Shown: in pieces, positions 8,811-18,009 of the stretch
Position numbering within the stretch: the stretch's first letter is position 1
How the letters are laid out: each line of letters begins with the position of its first letter
From: Erwinia sp. SLM-02
Lineage (GTDB): Bacteria > Pseudomonadota > Gammaproteobacteria > Enterobacterales > Enterobacteriaceae
Assembly: GCF_037450285.1 (NCBI RefSeq)
Contig: NZ_JAQISN010000005.1
Coordinates: 20,485-50,484, forward strand
Length of the DNA: 30,000 nt
Direction of reading: 5' to 3'
The notes under the pieces: model-generated
Seen by the model: the letters and a program-made list of their open reading frames with translations, nothing else
The model's database searches: none
What the model was told of the DNA's origin: nothing
Translations under genes and position numbers: made by a program

Positions 8811-8840
8811 AAAACGCCATGTCAGACATGGCGTTTTTTT
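8811..8840. terminator. Bidirectional rho-independent terminator shared by the two convergent operons
   Basis: AAAACGCCATG-TCAGA-CATGGCGTTTT, with the T-run extending to 8840 on the plus strand. On the minus strand a T-rich stretch (TTTTGCTTTG) follows the stem. The element lies between the GMC stop (8788) and the flavoprotein stop (8842). Confidence 0.9.
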
Positions 8841-8841
8841 A

Positions 8842-10917
8842 TTAGCGGTATATTTTCCCCATCAGGAAATCAGGCCAGTTCTTTTCAAAAAAGACTTTAC
8901 TGAGATCCACCGGATCGTTCACCGGGCGCGAGGCATGATGGAAGCGTTCACCGTCCCACGCAATCAGCAGCTTGCTGTCCGGCGCGGCGGCTTTCTCCGA
9001 CCGGAAGCGCCATTTCTCAATCGGCCCGCTGCGACCCTCGGGAACTGAATCCCCCAGTTCATCAAGGATAATTCGGGCACCTCGGCTGCCGCCGCCGCCT
9101 TCGATATACGTGCTCAGCATCGCCATTACTGCAGCTGAAGCCAGCGCAAAATGCCGCCAGAGTATGTTTTCGGTCAGCTTAGTCAGGCTGGTCAACCTCA
9201 CACCTTTCGCCAGTACCTCGCTCAGCAGCAACGCAGCCCGCTGCTGTTCCTCTGCGATTTCCTGCGCCGCGACAACAAATCCGGCCTGGTCCGACATGCG
9301 GTTACGAATTTCGGTTTTCAGCGCAACGGGATCGATAGCGTCTTCCGACAGTGATTTTTCAGCCCACTGAATGATATCCGCCATCACATCCGCATAATCG
9401 ATTTCCCCTTCACGCGCGGCCAGCCGCTGGCGCTGCTGCACGTCGTGCGCCACCTTCTGCGCCACCCGCACGCCAAATACCTGTCCGGAGTTCAGCGCCG
9501 CGCCGCCGGGTCGGGTGACGCCATGGGTACCGGCCACTTCTCCCAGCGCAAAACAACCGGTAAGGCTGGTCTCTCCCCAAATATCCACCTCGATGCCGCC
9601 GTTCATATGCTGATTGTTCACCGCAAATTCCAGCGGACTGCGCGTGATGTCGCAGCCGTGCATGGCATAAAGCTCAATGGCCAGCGGATTCATCTGCCGG
9701 AGGCGATCGATCGGCAGATCGGCTGCACATTCGTTATTGGCGAGGTAGCTGCTGACATCTTCATCAAGCCGCGACAGCGAAAACGGCTGATCTCCCGGGA
9801 CCGGCTGCGGATTGCGGTTGAAATCCATATACACCCGGTGCCCGTTTTTCACCTCTTCGGCAATCGCCATATCCACCAGGCTGGAGCCGTGTTCCAGCGT
9901 GCGCGTGGCATGAAACGGCCACTGATAGCCCTTGCGGAACACATTTGAGGCCAGCTCCTGCGTGGTACGATAATACTGCGCGAGGAAGTTATGCTCGTTG
10001 CCCTGTGCATCCACCGAATAGATATAGGGGATCACCTGCACATAGGTTCCCGACAGGTTCCACGGAAATGCCGTACGCGGTGTGCCGATGCCAAACTGGC
10101 TTTCGATGATATTGGTTAACCTCAGCCCACCTTCCAGCGCCAGCCCCAGCGAACCGTAACACTTCTTCGGGTAAACGCTGTCGCGATACATATCCCCCGG
10201 CCCGCCGGTGGCCAGCACCACCGATGCGGCATTGATGACCCCAAAACGATAGGGATTGTGAACCGCGCTGCCGGTGCTGACCAGTAAACCGGCGCAGCGC
10301 TCCGCACCAGCGCTGTCCCGCTGCTTGATCAGCTTTAGCGCCGTTGTGGCGGTCAGCATCGGTATCGCCAGTCGCTGCGTCTCCTCCAGCAAGACCTTCA
10401 CCATCAACCGTGAGGTGCGCGGACCGCAGCTGGTGGCGCGACCGGCCTCATCATGGTCGGTCTGATAGCGCAATATCGAACCGAAGCGATCTTCGGGCAG
10501 TTCCAGCCCCAGATATTGCAGTCCCGCGAGTGTGTGGATGGAACCAACGGCTTCCACATAGGCGATATCTTTGTCCATTGCGCCGCCTGAGCTCAATGCC
10601 GCCGCCAGCTGATGGAAGTTATCGCCATTTTTGCCGGTCGCCGCGGTAAACAACGTCTGCTTGTCCGAACCCGAACAGGCCGAGGTGCCCATATACAGCC
10701 CCGACGTCACCAGCAGAACGTTGACGTTTTTTCGCTTCAGCTCCACGGCGGCGCGCAGCCCGGCGGCCCCGGTGCCGACCACCACCGCATCGTAGTGATA
10801 AAACGGAACATTCAGTCCGTTAATATCCCTTATTTCGCTTTCCCGGACTTTATTAAATGACTTAGGAAAGGATACCTGCGTCAGGCTATCCAGAATCTGT
10901 TGATCAACAGCACTCAT
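8842..10917 (-). CDS. Large FAD-binding oxidoreductase of the succinate dehydrogenase / fumarate reductase / L-aspartate oxidase flavoprotein superfamily (691 aa)
   Basis: The N-terminal dinucleotide fold is YDAVVVGTGAAGLRAAVEL. The distal FAD motif GCFALGEVAGTHGVTRPGGAALNSGQVFG matches the G-E-x-A-x-x-G-x-H-G-A-N-R-L-G-x-N-S-L...F-G pattern of SdhA/FrdA/NadB. No signal peptide is visible. Confidence 0.75.
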   Translation of the reverse strand: MSAVDQQILDSLTQVSFPKSFNKVRESEIRDINGLNVPFYHYDAVVVGTGAAGLRAAVELKRKNVNVLLVTSGLYMGTSACSGSDKQTLFTAATGKNGDNFHQLAAALSSGGAMDKDIAYVEAVGSIHTLAGLQYLGLELPEDRFGSILRYQTDHDEAGRATSCGPRTSRLMVKVLLEETQRLAIPMLTATTALKLIKQRDSAGAERCAGLLVSTGSAVHNPYRFGVINAASVVLATGGPGDMYRDSVYPKKCYGSLGLALEGGLRLTNIIESQFGIGTPRTAFPWNLSGTYVQVIPYIYSVDAQGNEHNFLAQYYRTTQELASNVFRKGYQWPFHATRTLEHGSSLVDMAIAEEVKNGHRVYMDFNRNPQPVPGDQPFSLSRLDEDVSSYLANNECAADLPIDRLRQMNPLAIELYAMHGCDITRSPLEFAVNNQHMNGGIEVDIWGETSLTGCFALGEVAGTHGVTRPGGAALNSGQVFGVRVAQKVAHDVQQRQRLAAREGEIDYADVMADIIQWAEKSLSEDAIDPVALKTEIRNRMSDQAGFVVAAQEIAEEQQRAALLLSEVLAKGVRLTSLTKLTENILWRHFALASAAVMAMLSTYIEGGGGSRGARIILDELGDSVPEGRSGPIEKWRFRSEKAAAPDSKLLIAWDGERFHHASRPVNDPVDLSKVFFEKNWPDFLMGKIYR

Positions 10918-10943
10918 ATTTTTTCCACAAAAATTTTATTTAA

Positions 10944-12173
10944 TTAACGCGTACACTTCACGGCATAGAACAGAATGACGCCGAAGCTGAACACCGGAAT
11001 AATAAACGCGGTTGCCATTGAGGAGTAATCGGCAATCATCCCCATCAGATAAGGCGAAATAGCCCCGCCGACTAAGGTCATCACCAGATAAGAACCCGCG
11101 CGCTTTGACTGCGCGCCCAGGTTTTTCACCCCCATGGCAAAAATGCACGGGTACATAATCGACAGGAAGAAGAAAATCACCACCAGTCCGATAACGGAGA
11201 TTTTTTCCACGCCCATCACCGCCAGCGAGCACAGCAGAATATTAATAATGCTGTAGGTAATTAACATGCTGCGTGGCGCGAAATACTTCATCACCCAGGT
11301 GCTGATAAAACGGCCAATCATAAAGGTCAGCATCGCGCAGGAAAGCAGATAAGAGGCGTCCTGCACGCTGGTACCCTTCCAGTGGTCAATCGCGTAGTTG
11401 ATAAAGAATGAGGCGATCCCCACATGCGCAGCCATATAAAAGAACTGGGCGGCCAGCGCGCCGGTAAAGCTCGGTTTTCTCCAGATGCTCTGCTGAACGG
11501 CACCGACGCAGCTGTCATCGCGTGCTTCCTGCACTTCCGGCAGGCGGGTGACGATAAACACCACCATCAGCAGCAGTACTACGGCAGCCAGCACCACGTA
11601 GGTGGTCATCACCGGATCAAAGGCGTGCCCGGCTATGCGAATGTCCGGCGCGAAGAACAGCGTACCGCCGATAATTGGCCCCATAAACACGCCAAGGCCG
11701 TTAAAGGACTGGGCGAAATTCAGGCGACGTTCGGCATTATTAGCATCACCCAGCACCGACGCATACAGATTGGCCGAAGTTTCCAGGCAGCCTAAACCGC
11801 AGGCCAGAATAAACAGGGCAAACAGGAAAAAGGCAAAAGTACCGACCGAGGTGGCCGGCACAAACAGTAATGCTCCGGCTGCGAAAAGTAATAATCCGCA
11901 GATCACGCCAAGCTTGTAGCCATAACGCTGCATCACTGCGCCGACCGGGATCGCCACAAGAAAATAGGCACCGTAATAGGCCATTTGCAAATAGCCGGAC
12001 TGCGCCTTGCTGACGTTTAAGGAATCCTGAAAATGTTTATTTAAAACATCCAGCAGGCCGTGGGAAAGCCCCCACAGGAAAAACAGCGAGGTGATCATGC
12101 CAAAGGCCAGCTTTACCGATACAGTCTTATTATTAAATGCAGGAACAGAAGCGATGTTGTTATCAATACTCAT
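10944..12173 (-). CDS. MFS transporter, FHS family, L-fucose-permease (FucP)-like
   Basis: 409 aa and roughly 12 TM segments. Motifs LFFLWGLSHGLLDVLNKHFQ and LGCLETSANLYASVLG closely resemble the FucP-type signatures (LFFLW...LNDIL, GLGCLETAANP). GAAGAGG SD is present. Confidence 0.85.
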   Translation of the reverse strand: MSIDNNIASVPAFNNKTVSVKLAFGMITSLFFLWGLSHGLLDVLNKHFQDSLNVSKAQSGYLQMAYYGAYFLVAIPVGAVMQRYGYKLGVICGLLLFAAGALLFVPATSVGTFAFFLFALFILACGLGCLETSANLYASVLGDANNAERRLNFAQSFNGLGVFMGPIIGGTLFFAPDIRIAGHAFDPVMTTYVVLAAVVLLLMVVFIVTRLPEVQEARDDSCVGAVQQSIWRKPSFTGALAAQFFYMAAHVGIASFFINYAIDHWKGTSVQDASYLLSCAMLTFMIGRFISTWVMKYFAPRSMLITYSIINILLCSLAVMGVEKISVIGLVVIFFFLSIMYPCIFAMGVKNLGAQSKRAGSYLVMTLVGGAISPYLMGMIADYSSMATAFIIPVFSFGVILFYAVKCTR

Positions 12174-12202
12174 ACAGACCTCTTCGCAGATGTTTTTAGT
12201 GT

Positions 12203-13807
12203 TTAATGACGGCCCAACCGACCGAGAATGGCATCCGCTGCCTTTTCGGCAATCATGATGGTCGGTGCGTTGGTATTACTGCTCGGGACGCGTGGTATCA
12301 CGGATGAATCCGCAATGCGCAGGCCTTCAAGACCAAATACCTTCAGATGCTCATCCACTACCGCATCAGGATCGCTCTCTACACCCAGGCGGCAGGTGCC
12401 TACCGGGTGATGATCGGTTTTTGCGTTCTGGCAGGCATACTCGAAGAGCTCGTCATCGGTACGGATCTGCGGCGAAGGCAGACGAATTTCCTTCACGTAA
12501 GGCTTGAACGCATCCTGCGACAGGATTTCACGCACCAGCTTCAGGCCGCGCAGTGACATTTCGCGGTCGTAAGGGTCCGCCCAGTAGTTGGGATCGATCA
12601 GCGGCGCATCGGCCGGATTGCCGCTTGCCAGCCGCAGCGTGCCGCGCGAGCGCGGGCGCAGGAAGGCGGAGTTCAGCGTCACGCCGGAGTTTTTCATCTG
12701 CTCAACGCCCGCTTCGATGCCGGACCCCAGCCCCAGGTGGAACTGCACGTCCGGTGACCGCGCGTTGCTGTCCAGGTACCAGAAGCCGCCCGTTTCAAAC
12801 AGGCTGGAGGCTACCGGTCCCTTCTTCAGCAGCAGATACTGCAAACCGGCCCAGGCCGCATGATGAATTTTCAGGCAGGGGTCGTAGGTATGGTCGCCGG
12901 TACACTCGGCAATAGCGAACAGGTCGAGGTGATCCTGCAGATTGCTGCCCACGCCCGCCAGATCATGTTTCACAGTAATACCCTGCTCTTCCAGATGCCG
13001 GGCCGGGCCGATCCCGGAAAGCATCAGCAGCTTAGGCGAGCCAAAGGCACCGGAGGTGACGATCACCTCCCGCGTAGCGCGTACCTGCTGTGTGCCGCCG
13101 CTGCCGGTGGCAATTTCCACACCGGTCGCCCGCTTGCCTTCCAGCAAAATGCGCAGGGTGAAAGTATTCAGCTTCACGGTCAGATTTGGCCGCGACTGCG
13201 CCGGACGCAAATATGCCACCGACGTTGAGGAGCGTTTAGCATTAAGCTGGGTAAGCTGGTAATAACCTAACCCGCCCTGATGCTCACCGTTAAAGTCCGG
13301 GTTATAGGGAATATTTAATTCCTGTCCGGCCTGGAAAAAAGCTTCGCAAATAGGCAACGGGCTGATGGGATTTGATACGCCAAGCGGGCCGCGATAATCA
13401 TGATATTCATTAACGAAGCGCTGGTTTTTTTCGGATTTTTTAAAATAGGGCAGCACATCTTTATAAGCCCAGTTTTTAACGCCGCAGGCCTGCTCCCATT
13501 CGTCATAATCATATTTCGACCCACGGGTATAAACCTGCGCGTTAACCGATGAACCGCCGCCAATTACTTTCGCCTGGGTAAATCGCAGTACGCGATTATT
13601 CAGATGCTTCTGCGGTACGGTGTGCCAACCCCAGCTACTGCGGCCCTTAGTCATTTTGGCAAAGCCGGCGGGCATGCTGAACAGCGGATGGGTATCACCC
13701 CCACCCGCCTCCAGCAGCAACACCTTAATTGCCGGGTCCTCGCTGAGTCGGTTCGCCAAAACGCAACCGGCAGATCCCCCGCCGATAATAATATAATCGT
13801 ATTCCAC
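12203..13807 (-). CDS. GMC-family FAD oxidoreductase, choline-dehydrogenase (BetA)-like
   Basis: Contains YDYIIIGGGSAGCVLANRLSED, GGSSVNAQVY, and the active-site region HHPVGTCRLG ... LRIADSSVIPRVPSSNTNAPTIMIAEKAAD. The start is GTG at 13807, with a GAGGT SD 5 nt upstream. Confidence 0.9.
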   Translation of the reverse strand: MEYDYIIIGGGSAGCVLANRLSEDPAIKVLLLEAGGGDTHPLFSMPAGFAKMTKGRSSWGWHTVPQKHLNNRVLRFTQAKVIGGGSSVNAQVYTRGSKYDYDEWEQACGVKNWAYKDVLPYFKKSEKNQRFVNEYHDYRGPLGVSNPISPLPICEAFFQAGQELNIPYNPDFNGEHQGGLGYYQLTQLNAKRSSTSVAYLRPAQSRPNLTVKLNTFTLRILLEGKRATGVEIATGSGGTQQVRATREVIVTSGAFGSPKLLMLSGIGPARHLEEQGITVKHDLAGVGSNLQDHLDLFAIAECTGDHTYDPCLKIHHAAWAGLQYLLLKKGPVASSLFETGGFWYLDSNARSPDVQFHLGLGSGIEAGVEQMKNSGVTLNSAFLRPRSRGTLRLASGNPADAPLIDPNYWADPYDREMSLRGLKLVREILSQDAFKPYVKEIRLPSPQIRTDDELFEYACQNAKTDHHPVGTCRLGVESDPDAVVDEHLKVFGLEGLRIADSSVIPRVPSSNTNAPTIMIAEKAADAILGRLGRH

Positions 13808-13879
13808 GTTGACCTCACGTCATGAGACGGCAGCCATCTTATTCAGATGGCCGCGTTATTATTTAACTTGCGAATTGAA

Positions 13880-15400
13880 TTAACTGGCGTTATTTATCCA
13901 CCAGTTGGTTCTGGCACCGGTGTGTAATTGCACGGTTTTCTGCTCGGTATAATCTTCTACCGCGCCCTTACCTAATTCACGCCCCAGGCCGGATTGTTTA
14001 AATCCGCCAAACGGTAATTCCGGCGAACCGTCCAGGAAAGTATTTACCCAGATCGTACCGGCATTAATTTTTCGCGCGGCTTCCAGGCAAATATCGATAT
14101 CCTTACTCCACACTGCGGCGGAAAGTCCGTACAGGGAGTTATTAGCAATGCTGATTGCCTCTTCATAATCGGCAAAGGTCAGAATGGCCAGTACCGGACC
14201 AAAGACCTCTTCCTGCGCAATCTGCATCTCCGCCTTCACGCCACCGACCACGGTAGGGGCCATAAACAGTCCCTGACCGGTCGTAACCCGGTCGCCGCCG
14301 AGCAGGATTTCAGCACCCTGTTCGCGGGCAGAACGGATAGCGTCCTCAATGACCGCCATCTGGTTATCATTAATAATTGAACCGACTTTGACCTCGGGAT
14401 GCAGCGGGTCGCCGACCTTCACCTGACTGGCTTTTTCTACCACCGCGCGGGTAAATTTCTCGGCAATGTCCTGATGCACCAGTACGCGGCTGCCGCTGTT
14501 ACAGCATTCGCCAGCGTTGAAATAGACGCCAAACACCACGGCATCGACCGCCGCGTCAAAATCGCAGTCCGGGAAGATGATTTGCGGATTTTTACCGCCC
14601 AGTTCCAGCGAGACTTTCTTCAGCTTGCGCCCGGCTTCCGCCGCGATATGTCTGCCTACCCGGGTGGAGCCGGTAAACGACACCATATCGACATCATCGT
14701 GATCCACCAGCGGACTGCCCACATTGGTACCCAGGCCGGTAACGATGTTGACCACGCCAGCAGGCACGCCCGCGTCGGTGAGGATTTCGCCCAGCATCAG
14801 CGTGGTTCCGCTGGTGAACTCGCTCGGTTTAATCACCACGGTACAGCCCGCCGCCAGCGCAAACGGCAGCTTCTGGCTGAGGATCCAGATCGGGAAATTC
14901 CACGGCGTGATCATCGATACCACGCCCACCGGCTGACGCAGCACCAGGCCGAGCATCTGGTCGCCCAGCGTGTTGTAGCTTTCACCGTGCAGCGTGCGGG
15001 CCAGCGAGGCGGCATAGCGCCATAAATCCACGCAGCCGGACACTTCACCGCGCGCCTGCGCCAGCGGTTTACCGGTTTCCAGGCATTCGATAATCGCCAT
15101 CTCTTCACTGCGCTGCGCAATGCCGTCGGCAATCTTCAGCAGCAGCTCCGCACGCTCCTTCGCGGTGAACGACGTCCATGTTCCTGCATCAAACGCACGG
15201 CGCGCCGCAGAAATGGCCAGCAGAGCGTCTTCCGCGCTGCCGTCAGCATAATTTCCGGCGACGATGCCGTGCGCAGGACCAACGCGGTCAACACGTTTGC
15301 CGCTAACGGAGTCACGGAATTCCCCGCCGATCAGCATGCTGCCGTGATAAGGCCGATAGTCAGTCAGGATTGACGGGTCTGCGGTTAAAAATGTGGTCAT
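13880..15400 (-). CDS. NAD(P)-dependent aldehyde dehydrogenase (hydrolytic type)
   Basis: Contains ITPWNFP, FTGSTRVGRHI, LELGGKNP (Glu), FNAGECCNSGSR (Cys) and EEVFGPV. I place the start at ATG 15400 (MTTFLTAD, GGAGAA SD). The 552-aa ORF-track version would overlap the upstream hydratase gene by 137 nt. Confidence 0.9.
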   Translation of the reverse strand: MTTFLTADPSILTDYRPYHGSMLIGGEFRDSVSGKRVDRVGPAHGIVAGNYADGSAEDALLAISAARRAFDAGTWTSFTAKERAELLLKIADGIAQRSEEMAIIECLETGKPLAQARGEVSGCVDLWRYAASLARTLHGESYNTLGDQMLGLVLRQPVGVVSMITPWNFPIWILSQKLPFALAAGCTVVIKPSEFTSGTTLMLGEILTDAGVPAGVVNIVTGLGTNVGSPLVDHDDVDMVSFTGSTRVGRHIAAEAGRKLKKVSLELGGKNPQIIFPDCDFDAAVDAVVFGVYFNAGECCNSGSRVLVHQDIAEKFTRAVVEKASQVKVGDPLHPEVKVGSIINDNQMAVIEDAIRSAREQGAEILLGGDRVTTGQGLFMAPTVVGGVKAEMQIAQEEVFGPVLAILTFADYEEAISIANNSLYGLSAAVWSKDIDICLEAARKINAGTIWVNTFLDGSPELPFGGFKQSGLGRELGKGAVEDYTEQKTVQLHTGARTNWWINNAS

Positions 15401-15401
15401 C

Positions 15402-16187
15402 TTATTCTCCCAGGTATTCTGCTTTACGCCGCTCAGAAAAACTCGCCAGTCCTTCTTTCGCATCGCGTGTGGTTGCTGCCAGCGCACCGGCAATGGATTC
15501 CAGCGCCATCGCCGTATCCGTTCCTGTGCCTGCATCAATAATCTGTCGGGTCAGCTGTACGGAAACCGGTGCCTGCTCGCTGATTTTTTCCGCCAGCGCG
15601 ATAGCCGTTTCCAGCGCCTTGCCCGGTTCGCTGATTTCCTGAACCAGGCCCGTCTCATACGCACGGTCGGCGTTGATGCGGATGCCGGTCAGCGCCATAT
15701 ATTTCACCTGCCCTGGTCCGATCAGCTGCACCAGACGCTGGGTACCCGACCATCCCGGGCAGGTGGCTATTCCCGCCTCCGGTAGGGCGAACGTGGCCGC
15801 CGGGTCGGTAACGCGAATATCGCTGGTAGCCAGCAGCTCCAGTCCACCGCCGAAGGCGTGACCGTTGATCGCCGCAATCACCGGCACTCTGAGCGTGGCC
15901 CAGCGGTCAAAAACCCGATGGCCTTTACGCACCCAGCTGCGCCACATATCCAGCGCCGCCAGCGAAGACCAAACCTTGATATCCGCACCCACGCAAAAGG
16001 CACGGTCGCCAACTGCGGTCAGTACCACGGCGCGCAGCACCGGGTGGTCATCAATTTCATCCGCAATGCGCGCCAGCTCGCTGAGCATAAAGGGCGTCAG
16101 CGCGTTGAGCTTTTCAGGGCGATTCAGCGTAACAATGGCAATCGTGCCGCGCGTCTCCAGCGTGACGCTGCCCATATTTTCAGCCAT
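15402..16187 (-). CDS. Enoyl-CoA hydratase/isomerase (crotonase) family protein
   Basis: 261 aa. Contains LNRPEKLNAL, FCVGADIK, INGHAFGGGLELLATSDIR and the second catalytic-region Glu in FALPEAGIA. The stop lies 1 nt before the ALDH ATG. Confidence 0.9.
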   Translation of the reverse strand: MAENMGSVTLETRGTIAIVTLNRPEKLNALTPFMLSELARIADEIDDHPVLRAVVLTAVGDRAFCVGADIKVWSSLAALDMWRSWVRKGHRVFDRWATLRVPVIAAINGHAFGGGLELLATSDIRVTDPAATFALPEAGIATCPGWSGTQRLVQLIGPGQVKYMALTGIRINADRAYETGLVQEISEPGKALETAIALAEKISEQAPVSVQLTRQIIDAGTGTDTAMALESIAGALAATTRDAKEGLASFSERRKAEYLGE

Positions 16188-17769
16188 GGGTCACCTCCGG
16201 TAGTTCCAGTCCCATTACCGCGTCGTAAAACATACGAGGATCCATAATCTTCAGGTTCTGAGCTACCCGCAGCGGGAAGTCGGCCTGCTCGAGCACGTCC
16301 CGGGTCAAATCCATGCCTGGCGCGATTTCCGTGACCATCAGCCCGTCTTTAGTCAGTTGCATCACGCAGCGCTCGGTGACATAGATAACGTCCTGTCCGC
16401 GTTCCAGCGCCATCCGGCCGCTGAACGTCACATGATCGACATCGTTAACCAGCTTGCGCATTTTGCCTTCCCGATCGATGACCAGTTCCCCACCCTCAAT
16501 CCGCTGGCTGGCGCCGGCTTTAAAGAATCCGGAAAACACCAGTTTTTTCGCATGGGTGGTAATGTCGACAAAGCCGCCGCAGCCGGCGGTCAGGTAAGGT
16601 TTGCCAGGGAGTTTCGACACGTTCACGTTGCCGAAGCGGTCAATCTGCAGGAACGACAGCATCGCCATATCAAAACCGCCGCCCTGGAAATAGGTGAACT
16701 GGGTGGATGCCGGGACGATCGCGTCAGCGTTGGCCGCACAGCCAAAGGCAAAGCCCAGCAGCGGCATACCGCCCACCGCCCCCTGCTCAATCACCCAGGT
16801 GACTTCTCCGTTCATGCCTTCTTCCAGCAGAATCCGCGGAACGTTGGCGGAAATACCGAAGCCGAGGTTAACGGTCATGCCTTTTTTCAGCTGCATGGCT
16901 GCGCGGCGGGCAATCAGTTTTTCCGTACCCCACTCAGGTACCTCAAAACTGCTTTCCGGGTGGAATATTTCGCCGCTGATCGCCGGATCGTAGGCAATCA
17001 TGGTGGTTTGCATCTGGTCCGGGGCCACAACGACATGGTCCACCAGGTTGCAGGGCACATGGACGTGATGCGGTTTCAGCGTGCCGGCTTTGGTCAGGCG
17101 CTTGACCTGGGCAATCACCGTGCCGCCATTGTTTCTCACTGCCAGCGCCTGTTCCACCACGCCAAGCACACCGCCTTCATGTTCAAAGGACAGGTTGCCA
17201 CGCTCGTCAGCGGTGGTGGCACGAATAATTGCCACATCCGGCACCAGCGGATGGAAGTGCAGCCAGGTTTGGCCGGAAAAATCAACTTTGCTGACCAGCG
17301 GTTCCGCGGCGGCAAGTTCGTTCATCGCGCAGCCCTGACGATCCGGGTCAACGAAGGTATCCAGACCCACTTTGGTCAGAACGCCGGGACGTTTTGCCGC
17401 CGCGTCCTTATGCAGATCGAACAGCACGCCGCTGGGCACGTTGTAGCCGGCGATTTCGTTGTCGATAATCATCCGCCAGATTTCCGGCATCGGTAAGGAT
17501 GACGGGCCGCTGGGCAGCGAACCTGCGATCACTTTTTTCAACAGTCCGGCCTGGGCAAGATGCTCAATCCCCGGAATACCGTACATATCCCCCGCGGCAA
17601 TCGGGTGGATCATGGTGAGATTGACCGGTTTCCCTTCATTTCTGTAACGCTTGCCCAGCGCAGCCAGCACCGCATCCGGGCAGTTCAGGCCGCTGGCCGA
17701 ACTGACGGTGACCGAAGCGTTATCGCCGACCAGCGCAGCGGCTTCGTCAGCAGTGAGTAGTTTTTTCAT
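16180..17769 (-). CDS. Family I acyl-CoA:acetate/3-ketoacid CoA-transferase, fused alpha/beta, YdiF/propionate-CoA-transferase-like
   Basis: About 530 aa, collinear with the E. coli YdiF pattern as I recall it (FVDP..., IIRATTADERGN, SFLQIDRFGNVNVSK, VTFSGRMALERGQDVIYVTERCV, EIAPGMDL). ATG at 17769 (MKKLL) is preferred, with GTG at 17778 possible. The 3' end overlaps the hydratase start by 8 nt. Confidence 0.88.
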   Translation of the reverse strand: MKKLLTADEAAALVGDNASVTVSSASGLNCPDAVLAALGKRYRNEGKPVNLTMIHPIAAGDMYGIPGIEHLAQAGLLKKVIAGSLPSGPSSLPMPEIWRMIIDNEIAGYNVPSGVLFDLHKDAAAKRPGVLTKVGLDTFVDPDRQGCAMNELAAAEPLVSKVDFSGQTWLHFHPLVPDVAIIRATTADERGNLSFEHEGGVLGVVEQALAVRNNGGTVIAQVKRLTKAGTLKPHHVHVPCNLVDHVVVAPDQMQTTMIAYDPAISGEIFHPESSFEVPEWGTEKLIARRAAMQLKKGMTVNLGFGISANVPRILLEEGMNGEVTWVIEQGAVGGMPLLGFAFGCAANADAIVPASTQFTYFQGGGFDMAMLSFLQIDRFGNVNVSKLPGKPYLTAGCGGFVDITTHAKKLVFSGFFKAGASQRIEGGELVIDREGKMRKLVNDVDHVTFSGRMALERGQDVIYVTERCVMQLTKDGLMVTEIAPGMDLTRDVLEQADFPLRVAQNLKIMDPRMFYDAVMGLELPEVTHG

Positions 17770-18009
17770 CGTGTTCACTTATTGTTTGATTAAAATCGAT
17801 AAAACATGAATTTTCCTGTCCAATCAGAAGCATCCCCTACTCATCACGTTCATCAATAAGCGCCAAACCTTGTTGGTAAAAAACAAAATTAATTATGTAA
17901 AACAGAAACATAACAACCCACCTATTGTTCCATACGGTTTATTATTGAGATCAAGCCAGCGTTTCTGGCGCGCTTTGCCCTTTCATTTAAAAACCATAAA
18001 AATTCAAAA

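Noticed and set aside
13880-15538. Long N-terminally extended versions of several track ORFs: the 552-aa ALDH, LysR from 1650, the binding protein from 27557, LacI from 18152 and GMC from 7256.
   Set aside because: The extensions overlap upstream genes or lack SD sequences and add non-homologous residues. Internal starts give canonical N-termini, good SDs and tight operon spacing.
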